Assembly: GCF_009914755.1 (NCBI RefSeq)
Contig: NC_060946.1
Source of the DNA: the human T2T-CHM13v2.0 reference genome, Homo sapiens
Reading direction: 5' to 3' (one strand)
Length of the DNA stretch: 64,000 bases
The notes under the pieces are model-generated. The model worked only from the letters and a program-made list of their open reading frames with translations. It had not been told where the DNA came from and did no database searches. Both the position numbers and the translations under genes were made by a program. Of the stretch, positions 42,971-57,344 are shown one piece after another (the first letter of the stretch is position 1; each line of letters opens with the position of its first letter).

Positions 42971-44494
42971 TATCATTAGCACAAATGTGAGATATCAGAA
43001 CAAAATTTTTCACACAACTTCAAAATTTTTAGAACAATACTCAAGGGAAAAGGTGTTTATTTAGAACAATGAAAACAATGAGACATTAACTTCCAGCTTA
43101 AATAAAGTTGATTGTGTGCATAAAAATGGTGAAAATATTGGACTTTCTTGGCAAAAGAAGAAAGGGGAAGACTTTATATTTTCTGACATAATATTCATCA
43201 TTTGTCTTTGGTTTGTGTATTATGTGTATGATTTTGAAAAAAATGCATCAAAGATATAACTTTCTGGTGTTTGCTTTGATATTATCCTTGCAAACAGAAA
43301 AGTTGGCACATGTTTCTGTATAAAACTGGTCAAAGTTGGCCTAGGAATGATCTTACATTGTACTTTCACTTTACATCATACTGTAAGAGTTTAATAATAG
43401 CTAAGGCATCAGCATTGATGTGGACTTATTATACCTATTCAAGAGGTGGTGTGAGGTTTAGGAGAGTTATGTGCCCTTTATCATAAAACAAATCTATGAA
43501 GCATTTATATAAAAACCCAGTATTTCTGGTTTCAAATTCAGTACTGTGCCGTCTGCTTGATAGATTTGTTCGCAGGTTAGAGACATTTTATTGCATAACT
43601 TCCATGAAATATCACAGTTGTACTCTTGACTATGTTTGAATCACAAAAAGACTTTAATCTGCACTCAGTTCTTGTAACTAAAATCTTCAGTTTGAATATG
43701 AATTTCACTTAAAGAACATCCCTAGAAATTTCAGAGAGAAAAAGACTTTACTTGTAGAATACAATCTGCATTTGCTTTGACAACTAGTTAGTTCACATAT
43801 GTAAAATAAGTCTACCTGTCTGTATGCATAATTAAGATGTAACAGTAGTGTGGTAATGACTTGTTAAAGCAATTAGAATGGCAGTGGATCATGGCACAAT
43901 TTACCTTAAAAGCCGTGAGCAGAATACATCACAAGCTATGATACAATGAATAGTCATTAGGTTTAAAGTAGTATCCACATATAAAAACACAAAGCATATT
44001 TTAGCTCTTTAAATGAAAGCTTCATTCAGTCAATATTGGTCTTCCTGTAGATGCATTTATGAAACAGAACCACAAAACATACAGCTTACCCGCTTCTCAA
44101 AACTCATTGCACAATAGGTTGAGGGACTTCTCTACACCAGGACCTATTATTAAAACCAGTAAGTCCTCAGTGAAAATCATTTATTTGCCCGGAGTGTCAT
44201 CTGATGTGTCTGTTGTAGGCAGCTGTGGCAGTGGTGGGTGGTTTAGTGACACGGACCCTGCCCACGTCTGTCCATCCATCAGTGGGCTAGTGTCTCTCTG
44301 GCTGCACCTGAGAAGGGTCTATAGGAGTTAACGGCATTAGCATGGGATTCAAAAGAAATCATCTTGGATTCAAACTTCCATTTCAGTATTCATTTCCAGC
44401 TAAGTTTGTGTAGCATGCTTAATGTTTCTGAAGCTCAATTTTAGTAATGGTAAAGTATATCTGCCTAAAAGACAGGGACACATCCCAGTTTTGT

Positions 44495-44816
44495 GTTTTT
44501 TTATTTTTATTTTATTGTATTTTTCTTGAGACGGAGTTTGCTCTTGCTGCCCAGGCTGGAGTGCAATGGTGCAATCTCGGCTCACCACAACCTCCGCCTC
44601 CTGGGTTCAAGGGACTCTCCGGCTTCAGCATTCTGAGTAAATGGAATTATAGGTGCCCGCCACCACGCCCAGCTAATTTTTTGCATTTTTAATAGAGACG
44701 GGTTTCACCATGTTGGCCAGGCTGGTCTTGAACCCCTGACCTCAGATGATCCACCCACCTCAGATGATAATCCCGCCAAGTGCTGGGATTACAGGTGTGA
44801 GCCACCATGCCCGGCC
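44495..44816 (-). mobile_element. AluS-like element
   Basis: gagacggagtttgctcttgctgcccaggctggagtgcaatgg...gtgagccaccatgcccggcc. Confidence 0.92.
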
Positions 44817-44844
44817 TTATCCTCAAAAAAGAATTTATCAAAAT

Positions 44845-44848
<4 letters not shown>

Positions 44849-44883
<35 letters not shown>

Positions 44884-45025
44884 TTTAAGTAGAGTAACAC
44901 TATATTAAAATGCCACTATATATGTTCTAACAAAAAATCTCAATTTAACAAATGTATGTGGGGAGAGGGAGAGAGAGAGGGAGAGAGAGAGAAGGAGGGA
45001 GGCAGAGAGAGAGAGAAGAGAGAGA
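44849..45025. repeat. (GT)n (44849-44879) and (GA)n-rich (44962-45025) microsatellites
   Basis: Directly visible. Confidence 0.9.
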
Positions 45026-45029
45026 TATG

Positions 45030-45208
45030 TATCTCTGGTGTCTCTTCCTTTTTGGATGATGACCCCAGTCCTAACAGATTAGGGCCTTACCCTTTTGCCC
45101 CTATTTAACCTTTACCTTCTTAAAAGCTCCTTCTCCAAATACAGTCACACTGGGAGATAGGGCTTTAGGTTAGGAATTCTGGGGGGACAAAATTCTCTCC
45201 AGAACAGA
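45030..45208. mobile_element. MaLR (MST/MLT1) LTR fragment
   Basis: gattagggccttaccc...atttaacc...tctccaaatacagtcacactggg...ggggggacaaaattc. Confidence 0.65.
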
Positions 45209-47684
45209 CACTAATATCATGAGTGCTCAGATTGCTAGTGAATATGTTCTTGTTACAATTATTTTCACTTTGCAGTTTTAAATAATGAATACTTGGATAA
45301 AAAATACCCACTGTATTCTAATTTTTTCAACACTTCTTACTTGCATGGATTCTAAACAGAAGTCCAATGTAATTCTTATTTCTGTTTCTCTGTAGACAAT
45401 GTGTTTCTTCCTCTGCCTTATTTTAATATTTTATCTTTGTTACAGGTTTTCTACGGTTTGAATATGATATTCCTAGGTATATTTTTAAAATATTCATCCT
45501 GCTTGGTGTTCTCTGAGCTTTTTGGATTTGTAATTTGGTGTCTGTCGCTAATTTGTGTTTTTTTCCTAGTTAAAAAAATGAACTTTATGGATTTTACATT
45601 CTCAACTTTCACTTATTTTCAAAATGAGAGACAAGACACCTAAACTCCAAGATTTCAGTCCTGAATGCAATAGTACCAGATTTTCAAGTTACATAAGTGA
45701 ACTGCATAAACACCACTAGTTTCAAGTGTACCCTATAAGAAACACATGGACATACTTGCGTTGTTTAACCACACGGTGTCATATCAATAAACATCAAAGT
45801 ATCTGACATATATTTGTCCATTAAAAGTAAACACAACTCTGAGTATCAAATTAAATTAATCATTTGCCTTTTATAATCTAAATCAGAAATTGAAAAACAG
45901 GAACATTGTAGAGGTAAGTGGCTGAAAATGCTCTGCTTACTGCACACAAGCACATCATGACAAAGAATGCTAGAAGTAGCTTTCCTCAGAAGTAATAATT
46001 GAACATTTAAAATATTATTTTCTCAGAAAAGTTAAAGCTTTTAGTGTAAAAAGCATGGTAAATGACATTTTAACTTAATAGTTAAGTATACAGCAAATTA
46101 TAGATTACAAGCAATTAGTTACCCACATTTCACCAGAACCTTCAGTGAAAGTGTCTACTCTCAACATTGACCAGAACCTTCCTGTTCTGAAGTGTCTACT
46201 CTTTAGAGTTGCTTCAGCTTTACATATCTGTAAAACCTAAGATTACTCAATGAGAAGTTACACCTTATTCTGTACTAGATACACATAATATATATAGATT
46301 TAGAACAAATGGATGTTTTTCAACTTCAAAAAAAGTATTTTAATTTACACAATGTTAGATTGTTTTTCACCCATGTGTATACATAACAGTGTTTCCCAAA
46401 TTCACAGGGTCCATTTCCATGATTCTAAAGCAAAAATAGAGGCACACAAATGGATAATAATTCATAGTTTTATGCCTTTTTTTAACCTATCTTTAAAGAA
46501 ATTCAGTTGCCATTTAGACAAAGATGTGATGAACCTGTAACAAATTTCTATGACATGGAAAATTAAAGGTCTAAAAATCCTAAATGTAGTAGCTCTGGGC
46601 AGTTTGCAATTTGTGCATGGGTTCACTCACCCTATGGTCCGTGAACTCCCTTATCCTGCAAGCTGTAGGTACTTTCAGCAAATATGAGACTCAATAAGAC
46701 TAAGGAAGGGCTTGTTTAAATTAGTTCCCCTCACAGTTGATTCTAATCTTGCAATGAACAGATTTAATGTACTAGTGAGTTAAATTTTAAAGTAATTATA
46801 AAGCCATTTACTCTATCATAAATGAATGAAATGTAAGAATCACACTTAAAACAAGTCTTTCATTTTAATGAATGGTATCTTTCATTTATATACAAAGGAA
46901 TTCACTTGCCAGCAGCATTTAAATATAGGAATAGTCTCGTCTTTTCTCTAGTGCCTTTTATAAAGCAGTGCCATTTCTAACTAGGTGTATTTGTTTCCCA
47001 GCTATTCAGTAACTACACTATAGGTATCTAATAGATTCAAGAAAAGATTGGAAAATTGAGAAGATTTAGCATTTTAAACATTTGAAAAATGTTGCTACAA
47101 AGCATAGATTATGAATGCATTAGTAAAATAAATTGACACCTTATGTGAGAATCATTAAGTTGGTTTAATTATATCACAGAAGTATGGGCTCACTAATATT
47201 TATACCAATTTATGCTAATTAAACCAGAAAGTTTCTGTAGGTAATTCAGCTCTGAGCACCATTTAATAGGGTTATGCCAAATAGAACCAATGGTTATATA
47301 ATACCCAGAATATAAACCTCAGCAAATTCAAACTTTTGGAATGGCAACACAAGTGAGAATGAGAGGCAATATTTCATTTCAAAGTACCGTAGGCTGCTAA
47401 GAGTGTTCTTTTCTTTTAAAAATTTGTGTGGTTGTTAGTAATGTACCTTAACACTGGTCCTCCTTGACAGCAGTGTTAGAGATGGTTAGGTAGAACCTAT
47501 ATTACGGAAGTCAGCGTTGCCCATTTCTTTAGTTCAGTGATTAAAATTGAAATTACTTTTACAAAACAATTGAACTGCTGCTTACAATATAAATAGAATA
47601 CCAACAGGATTCCTGTTGTATTCACATTATTCTCTAATTAGTATTTTTACATTTCCACTCTGACCTGACCTTCAGTAGTTCCTT

Positions 47685-48405
47685 TATTTTTATTTTCAAA
47701 CATTTTTGTGAGTATATAATAAGCATATATATTTACGGGGTGCATGAGATGTTTTGATACAGGCATGCAGCATGAACTAATCACATCATGGAGAGTGGGT
47801 ATCCATCCCTTTAAGCATGTTTCCTTTGTGTTACAATCCAATTAGATTCTTTTAGTTATTTTTAAATGTACAATTATTGACTAGAGTCCCCCTGTTGTGC
47901 TATCAAATAGTATGTCTTATTCATTCCTTCTGCCTATTTTTGTACCCATTACCCGTGCCCTGTCTCCCCCCATCAGCCCCCTAGTACTTACTATGTCCTT
48001 GAGTTCAATTGTTTTGATTTTTAGATCCCACAAATAAGTGAGAACATGCAATGTCTGCCTTTCCGTGCTTGGCTTATTTCCCTTAACATAATGATATCCA
48101 GTTCCTTCCATGTTGTTGCAAATGACTGAATCTCATTATTTTTTAGGGCTGAATAATACTCCACTGTGTGTATCTACCACATTTTCTTTAATACATTAAT
48201 CTGTTGATGGACACTTAGGTTGCTTCCAAATCTTAGCTATTGTCAACAGTGGTGCAACCAACATGGGAGTGCAGATAATTTCTTCGATATACTCATTTCT
48301 TATTTCTGGGGTATATATCCAACAGTGGGATTGCTGGATCATGTGGCACCTCTATTTTCAGTGTTTAGAGGAACCTCCAAACTGTTCTCCACCATGGCTG
48401 TACCA
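47685..48405 (-). mobile_element. L1MA-like 3' end
   Basis: tttttagatcccacaaataagtgagaacatgc...gaggaacctccaaactgttctcc. Confidence 0.85.
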
Positions 48406-48726
48406 GTAGTACCTTAAAATGCAAATGCAATTGGTAAAAGAACAAGGCAGCATGTAGTGCTTGCACTTACAAATACTACCAGTTTTGTAACAATTTGCAT
48501 TTTTTTTTGTCCTTGAAAGAGTAACCACTTACTTAATAAAACTAATATTTAAAAGCGCAATATTCCTTCCTTTGCATGGCATGCAGGAATGGTGAAAACA
48601 AAGAAACAGTCATCCCTTCTCTTCCCCCCACTTCTGGTCTCCCGAAATAGGAATGCCAGGTCAGACAGGTGGAGGAGGGAAATGGGGCACAGGTCAAGGT
48701 ATGATGAATCTCTTAAAAAGAAATCT

Positions 48727-49029
48727 GGCCAGGCACAGTGGCTCACGCCTGTAATCCCAGCACTTTGGGAGGCAGAGGCGGGCGGATCACGAGGTCAGGA
48801 ATCGAGACCATCCTGGAGAACACGGTGAAACCCCGTCTCTATTAAAAATACAAAAAAATTAGCCGTGTGTGGTGGCGGACGCCTGTAGTCCCAGCTACTG
48901 GGAGGCTGGGGCTGGAGAATGGCGTAAACCCGAGGGGCGGAGCTTGTAGTGAGCGGAGATGGCGCCACTGCATTCCAGCCTGGGCGACAGAGCGAGACTC
49001 CTTCCCCCGACCGCCAAAAAAAAAAAAAA
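48727..49029 (+). mobile_element. AluY/AluSc-like element
   Basis: ggccaggcacagtggctcacgcctgtaatccc...ggatcacgaggtcagga...polyA. Confidence 0.92.
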
Positions 49030-49206
49030 TACCGCTTTCCCCAGAATGCTAGCCTGATAGGAACTCCACCCCATCCATTCCAACCTAGTAAGGATAGTTT
49101 AGTTTGTGTTTTCTGGTCTCACTTCCTTACTTCTAGTGTTCTTTTTTTGTTTCTGTTATTAAATTTCAGAAGACAAACCTTAGCATTTTCTAAAAGAAAT
49201 TATTTT

Positions 49207-50525
49207 TTACCTAAATACATTGGACTTTGGTCTTAATGTGAAGGAATAGGATAAGTGGACTTTAAGAGAGCGTTCCTACTCCTTCTCTTCCAGTGGCTGC
49301 TCTGGGTCCCTGAAAGAGGGTGTGATGTGGACCATCTGGGTTGTGAAGTGGATTTTGCTGAGCCTGTGTTTTTTAAGTCCATTAGTCCTGCCCGAGGCTA
49401 TGCGCCCTGGAATCCTTGGCTTCACGTCTGGACCACCTTCAGCCAAGTGGTGATGGTGGAGAGGGTCCCCCCATCTTCCAGGACATGTGAGAGTTTGTAG
49501 GTGGTGAGATGGAGGGGGCAGCTTTTAAATCTTCCAGTACCCACCTCCGCTGCTGGCAGTGCTCTCCCCATCGTCTTGTCCAGGACTCCCATCAGGGTCT
49601 CAATCTCTTCTGTGATGCTCTGACTCACATGCTGGGAGGCCCTTTCCCAATGTAGTCCCTGATGTCCACATCGGCGTCCTATGTCCCCACTAGCAGCTTC
49701 ACCATCTCCAAGGTACATGGCTGCCAAGTGCAGGGCGGTGTAGCTCTGGCCTTGCTGTTCCCAGGCAGCAGAGGCTCGTTGGGGAAGTTGACCAGCATGG
49801 CCATAAGCTCCAGCCTGCAGTGCTAGGTGCCTGCGCAGGCAGGTGAGGCTGTGATGAAGCCCAGAGTGGCCAGCATGCCGGCTGGCATGGGGACAACCCC
49901 CTAAGCTGTCCACTCCCCATAGGAGGCCGAGAGCAGCCAGCCGTGCTCCCTGGTCCAGCTCACCCAGCCCCACAGCTCTCCTCCGCGGACGGGAAAGCCA
50001 GCGCTGCGCTGCCAGAGTCACTCGCCTCTGCGGTGTCCTCGGAGGAGGAGCTCCCAGGCTGCTGCCTCCAGGACACAGGTTCCTCTTCAAGGGCAGGGCA
50101 CTGCGCCTTCCCAAGTCGCTCAAGTTCTGGCGGAACGGCCTCGGGGCGGTAGCCCCCCAGGAGCTGCCCCTGTCCGCCTCCTGGCAACCGTGGGGCGGGG
50201 GCTCCAGGTCCTCTCTGGTCTGAGGTCCTGCATCTGGGGTAGGGGCTGGTGGAGCCGGCGAGCTCTTCTTGCATCCCCGCCGCTCAGGGCGGCCCGTTCA
50301 GGGGCTGGGCTCCCCCTTGCCCAGCTCGGCCCTGCCTGTGGAGCACCTCGGGGACCGCTGTTTCAGGGAGGGGATGGTGAATGCTGCGCTCCGCGTTCAC
50401 GTGGACGCGGGACAGGTCCCAGGGGCGCGGCCTCAGGCGGAGGCCCCACCAGAACCTCTTCCTGAGACGCAGGTACTGGGCGCCATCGACGGGGTCCCTG
50501 CAGTGGCCACAGCGTTCACCCGGAG
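49207..50525 (-). pseudogene. SOWAHC: SOWAHC (ANKRD57) pseudogene, 5'-truncated and frameshifted
   Basis: Fragments VNAVAT...DGAQYLRLRKRF, LKRNLCPGGSS, YTALHLAAM, ASQHVSQSITEEIETLMGVLD, YKLSHVLEDGG and C-terminal FTLRPKSNVF(R)* (stop 49207-49209) match recalled SOWAHC. Symbol is the parent gene. Confidence 0.88.
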
Positions 50526-51174
50526 ATACATTTAAACAGTTTTATTCTCCTGTTTTTTATTTTTTCATTCCAGAAACCATTACTACTATGCAACAAAGTA
50601 AAAATATCTAGTTTAAATAATAATTTGATATGGTCAGGTGGGGATGAGTGCACACGTGTGTGTACACACACACGCAGGCTCTAAATGGGATATTTTGGCG
50701 GAGCAGAGGGATAAGGCTTTTATTTCGTTGGCGTGTTGAGTTAGAATCGCCCTTCTCACAATTAAATAATTTAAATCAGGAGTTTTATTAAAGCTAATTT
50801 GTACAACTAGGCAACATCTTTTCTCCATATATTTATACACATATACACATCTCTAATATTTGCATTTATTACTTCATCTAAAAGAGCTTGGAAAAAGGGT
50901 CCTAGGTCTTGGCTAGTTAAGGTAAAAATCTATATTTTAAGGTAATAAAAACGTTTGCTATGGACAGAGACATGCAGACACTGTGGGTGAAGCTGATTCA
51001 TGTTCCATGGAAGGAAATGACGTGGGGTTTTCTAAGGGAAAGCCCAGCATGCTGCAAGGGAGGGGAGGTCCCAGGAGGGAATTGGAGTCAGCATTAGGAT
51101 CTAAGTGTCACAGGGGAGTGTATTCCCAAAAAAGACTGTGACTGTTTCTGTGTCCATCCTGAACTGGTTACCAT

Positions 51175-51176
<2 letters not shown>

Positions 51177-51211
<35 letters not shown>
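51177..51211. repeat. (GT)n microsatellite
   Basis: Directly visible. Confidence 0.95.
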
Positions 51212-51214
<3 letters not shown>

Positions 51215-51339
51215 TAAAAGAGGAGTTACATGCTGGGGCATTTCTGGTATCTCAACTGGCATCTCAGCTGCTGGTGATGATGGCTATACATTTTCCTCAG
51301 TATTCATTGTGCGTATTTTGAGTTAACAGTCCACCCATT

Positions 51340-51585
51340 GGCTGAGGCAGGTGGATCATCTGAGGTGAAGAGTTCGAGACCAGCCTGGCCAATATGTGAA
51401 ACTCTGTCTCTACTAAAAATACAAAAATTAGCCAGGCATGGTTGCAGCACCTGTAGTCCCAGCTACTCGGGAGGCCAAGACAGGAGAATTGCTTGAATCC
51501 AGGAGACAGAATTTGCAGTGAGCTGAGATGGACCACTGCACTCCAGCTTGGGCAGCAGAGTGAGACTTGGTCTCAAAAAAAAAAA
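51340..51585 (+). mobile_element. AluS-like element, 5'-truncated
   Basis: ggctgaggcaggtggatcatctgagg...gtctcaaaaaaaaaa. Confidence 0.9.
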
Positions 51586-51644
51586 GTTATTGTGACATGC
51601 TGTACACATTCACAAATTCAGTGTCTCCCAGAAGTCTGAGATTC

Positions 51645-52144
<500 letters not shown>

Positions 52145-54149
52145 TGAAAGACAATTTTACTACCCAAATCACCCTTCTATAAAAAATAATAGAAGATGTC
52201 AAATATGAAAATAAAACTGTCCTCTGGGCCCTCAATTTTCTGTGTTATTGGGAAGGCAGACAGCTACTCAGCAGTTATATCCCATAAGAATGGATAACAC
52301 TAAAACAACTGAAAGCATCAAGTATTGGTTAGAAAGTGGAACTGATTCTCATACATTTTCATTTTAGTTTAAGATGGCACAACCACTTAGGAAAATGTCT
52401 CCCTATTTCATACAATGCCAAATATATACTTATTTTATAACCCAGAAAATCCACTCTTATGTACTTAAACTCAAGAAAAGTGAAAATATTATTACAGAAA
52501 AATGTGTATATCTGATTTGTTCGTAGAAGGTTTATTCATGATAGCCTCAAATCAGAAACTGCTTTTGTGTCTATCAATAGTGGAGTGGATTATAAACAAA
52601 ACAAGCAAAGGCCTCAAACCTGTGGTATAGTCATAAAATTAAGTATTACAAAATAAAATTAATGAATAATCAATAGGAGCAAAATGATGTCACAAGCATG
52701 TTTAGTGAATGAACATAAAAATTATATAATTTATAGTTTCACTTATGTAAATGGTGAAAACAGACAAAACTATCCTTTTGTGGAAAGAATCAAAACCATG
52801 GAAGCCTCTGTGTTCAAATACTGAATGGAAATGGGCATGAGAAAACGTGTTTCTGCCAGATCTTCTATATGCCTGATGTACATTCACTCGATGTATTTTG
52901 CATACATTATTTTTGCAAATAAAACTGAGATAGACGCAAAATAACTCAAGAGAAAATAGCTAGAAATAGGTAGAGTTGGGATAGAAGCCTTGGAAGCTCC
53001 CCCCTACCTTGCTCACCTGGCACAGGCTGAGGAAGCCCTGGGACAATGCTGTGAGCGATCTGAGGGCCTTCCAGGGGAGCCCCGCCAGCCCATGCTGGTG
53101 CCCGAGCTGCCCGCTGCCATCTGAATATGTTGCAAAGACAGTGCTGGCCTGGCAACCGGTGACGCTCCATGCCCCACCCCGACCCCCACTTCTACCCAAG
53201 TAGCGGCAACCCCAGAGACAGATGCCTGGGCGTCAGTGGCTAAGTCTGGTAGTTGGCCAGGCGGCCAAAGGACGGGAACTGGCCGTTCACCCCATCCCAG
53301 TTTCCACGGAGAACTCAACCACCATGGCCCCTGAGCTGACCCTCAGGCCTGGGCTGTGCTCTGTGCCTGCAAACCTGATGCCATCCAGGGGAGCTCGGCC
53401 TTCCCACGCCAGCACCTCAGCTGCTGCAGAAAACTGCAAAACTGCAAGTTGCACACAGGCAGAGATGACGGAGCAACCCCTGACCCTCCGTGCCACTCAC
53501 CCTACCCGCACACACACTTGCCACGCGGACCCTGAAGCCAGTGCCTGGGCGCCCAAGTCAGGCAGTCCACACAGCAGTGGCACCAGGCTGAAAACCTGCT
53601 GCTCAATACCATCCCGGTTACCACGAAGAGCCAGCCCTGGTGGCCCCTGAGTTCTTGGAGGAGGCCAAGTCACAGCAACCCCTCAAGTGGGTGGGCGATG
53701 CACTTGACCCTGAGGACATCAGGTACCAGGCCTGCCAGCTGACTCCAGCATCGGAGCCGCAGCTGCAGTCTAGACGTGGTGCACCGGCAATAAGTGACTG
53801 GACACCCCAGACCAGGCCCGCCCCCAAGTAGCGTGGATCTTGAGGCCAGACCCCTAGGCGGCAAAATCAGGCGACGGGCCCCGCCAGCAGCCGCTCAGTT
53901 TCATCCATGTGGATACAGAGTGCCCAGCTCCCGGGCCCAGGATCCAGAGAGATGCCCAAGAGGAGTGGAACTTGAGGCCAGGTGGGCTGTGCGCTCTGCG
54001 ACCCTGAGGCCATCCAAGGGAAGCTCCGCCGTCCCACGCCAGTGCCAGATCTGCAGCTGCAAACTGCGCATGGGGCACTGGCAGCAGTGAGGGCTGGTGG
54101 GGGAAGGAGCAGCCCCTGACTCTGCCCCCATGCCTCTCCAGCTACCTGA

Positions 54150-55110
54150 CACTAGCCACACAGACTCCAGGGCCAGAGCCTCAGCGTGAAGCCGGGCCAT
54201 CTGCGAAGCCACCCAGGTGGCCACGGAGTGCCCTTGCCAGCACCCTATCTCCCTTCCGAGGAGGAGCGGGGCGGGCTGCAAGGCCAGACAGGCCCTCCTT
54301 CTCAGGCCGGGCTGGCGGCGCTCCTGCGATCCTGGGGACGCCCGGGCGATCCCAAGAGGACCTGCGAGCCCATCGGCGCCCGCCCAGAGCTGCAGCCCCA
54401 CCTGCCAGCGCGCGCCACCAGGGAACGGCTTCCGGGAGCCGGGCAGCAACCGCGGTGCATGCGCGCGCCCAACGGCTTTGCGAGGCTCACTCTGTCTGAG
54501 AGGTCGGAGGCTGCGAGTGTCACTGCTGAAGGCTGTGGTGGACCGGGCTGGATCATGGACTGTGGAGTAGATCACAGATTTGGGATCGCGGATTGGGGGT
54601 TGATCACAGATTTGGGTTTGGATCAGGGATTTGGGGTTGGATAGGGGATTTGGGGCTGGGTCGGCCGGGGTCGGGGGAGGGGGTGGGTGAAAAGGTGACA
54701 GGGAGGTCGGCCGGGGTCGGGGGAGGGGGGTGGTGAAAAGGTGACAGGGAGCTGCCCCCGCTCAAGAGCCGGAGGTTGGGGGTCTGAGAAGTCACCACTA
54801 TGAAGTTATTCGGCTTCGGGAGCCGCAGGGGCCAGACAGCCCACGGCTCCATAGAACATGTCTACACGGGTTCCAGATACCGAATCTGGGACTCCGAACT
54901 GCAGAAGATCCACAGGGCAGCTGTCAAGGGCGACGCCGCGGGGGTGGAGTGCTGCCTGGCGCGCAGGAGCGGAGACCTGGATGCCCCGGACAAGCAGCAC
55001 AGGTAGCGGGGACTCAGCCCGGGGTGGGAGGGGGTCCCCAGGCCTGGCTTCCCCACTGCCCCTGGGACGGGGCCTTTCAGGGCTCTGGGCACCCTCAGAG
55101 CGGCGGAGCC
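54150..55110. promoter_or_regulatory. CpG island / promoter of the ANKRD20A-family exon 1
   Basis: High CpG density (e.g. ccgcggtgcatgcgcgcgccc) around the exon-1 ATG. Confidence 0.7.
54800..55002 (+). pseudogene. ANKRD20A: ANKRD20A-family first coding exon (orphan; no exon 2 seen in window)
   Basis: MKLFGFGSRRGQTAHGSIEHVYTGSRYRIWDSELQKIHRAAVKGDAAGVECCLARRSGDLDAPDKQH-R matches the recalled ANKRD20A N-terminus. Kozak-like caccactATG; donor AG|GTAGC at 55003. Symbol is the family only. Confidence 0.92.
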
Positions 55111-55303
55111 AAACGGACTCTCAGCTGTTTTCCATCCCTCATAATTCCATGGCTGGAGCAGTTGGAGAATTTGAGTGATTTAACTCACAAAGTTAAGCAT
55201 ACACAGTGTTGTTATTTTTAACGTACACGTTGAAAACATGGTTTATATACATTATAGGAGGTGCCTAATGAGAGAACTTGTTCCCCTATCAAAAATACCG
55301 TGA

Positions 55304-55787
<484 letters not shown>

Positions 55788-57344
55788 TGATACGTATACA
55801 TATATACCAGATATAATATGTCATATATATCAGTTATATATACACATTAGATGAAAAGTACGTTTTCATTTGACAGGGAATTCTTTCAAATCAAATCATC
55901 AAACACTCTAAAATTGGGCAAAGTACACTTTTCCAGATCTGCAAGTTACTTGTGTACATAGGAAAAAGTCCTTCGCATTTCTGGTATAAGAATTTAAATT
56001 AAAAGAGGAATGAAACAGTTTTCTATCCACAATATTTGTGAGGATGTTTTATACTCCTGCTTAAAGTTTAAGTTGCTGATTACTTTTCAAATAGATAATT
56101 TGGTGGTAAGTACTACAATTAAAAAATATGTATGCCCTTTACCCATCAATTCCATTATACTAAAACACCCTTAGGAAATAAAGATACATGCACTTTATTT
56201 TTCACCTCACTTATTTTAAAAAGAACCCAAAGAATGGATCCCATAAATAAACTTCAGTTGCATCCACAGGATGGAATAATATGTGACCATTGAAGGTGGC
56301 AATAGATACAGAAGTATATTGATGTGCGAAGATGTATTTTGTTATAGCTAGTGAGAAAAAAATCAATTAAGTTATACATACAAACATACTATGGTCTTGT
56401 TTTATCAAAAAATATGTACAAAATATAAAATTTGTAATTTCTGAGCATTTGTATTTTAAGTAAAGTTCTTTTCCTTTTTCTTATCTGTGATTGCTGCAGT
56501 AAGCATGTACAAAACTTCTAGTAAAGTTTATTAATAAAGAAATAATCCTTGGGAAGACAGGAATATGAATCTTACAATATTAAAAATAATTTCTTACTTT
56601 CTATTTTTAATCATTATTGAGTGTATTGTTATCTTCTTTGAACTTTTAGCCTCTTCAGAAGTAAAAAGGGAATATTTTTATCTGTTTCCAGATTTTATTA
56701 TCTATATATTTTATTATGTACATATGTTTTTCTTATGTATTCATTCAATTTATGCAAACAATGATAGATTAATCATTTCATTTTAATTGTATTCTTAAAT
56801 AAAAATAACATATAAATATTACTATTGCAAAAATATTGCTTTATAGGCGTTTATTTAAAAATATTGAACTCCCCAACTGTATTTTTCCATTCTTTCATTC
56901 CATTTATTCATCAAACATAACCTGAGTACCTGTTATGTAGCAGACATATTCTGCTATCTCTCAGGTCCCTTCTATCCTTAAAAACTTCATGTTTACCTGC
57001 CCTGCCTGCACAAGCTGAGAGATTTAAAATAGGAATATTGGGACTTAATCTCCTTGAAACTTTGTCACCCAACTTTCAAACAAAAGCATTTCTGAAGTTA
57101 GAAAATAGTAGAAGATAAGCTTTAACTGCCCACTCAAAAGTTTATCAGTCTTAAATACTAATATTAATCATGGGAATGTCTTATTTGCATATATTCTGTA
57201 AGCATAAATATTGAATAAAATGAGCCATATGTATTCATTTGAATCATGAGTTTCCTTTGTCTTCAATTTGTTTGAAAATCAAGGAATTAATTTGTTTGAA
57301 AAATGCATTATTATTATTTCAGTGTTCTATCCCCATAGTACCTT

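Noticed and set aside
49422-50123. 233-aa ORF as a novel protein
   Set aside because: It drifts in and out of the SOWAHC frame through frameshifts, as expected of a pseudogene.
53901-54575. 224-aa minus-strand ORF in the CpG island
   Set aside because: No homology recognised, and the composition is typical of chance ORFs in CpG islands.
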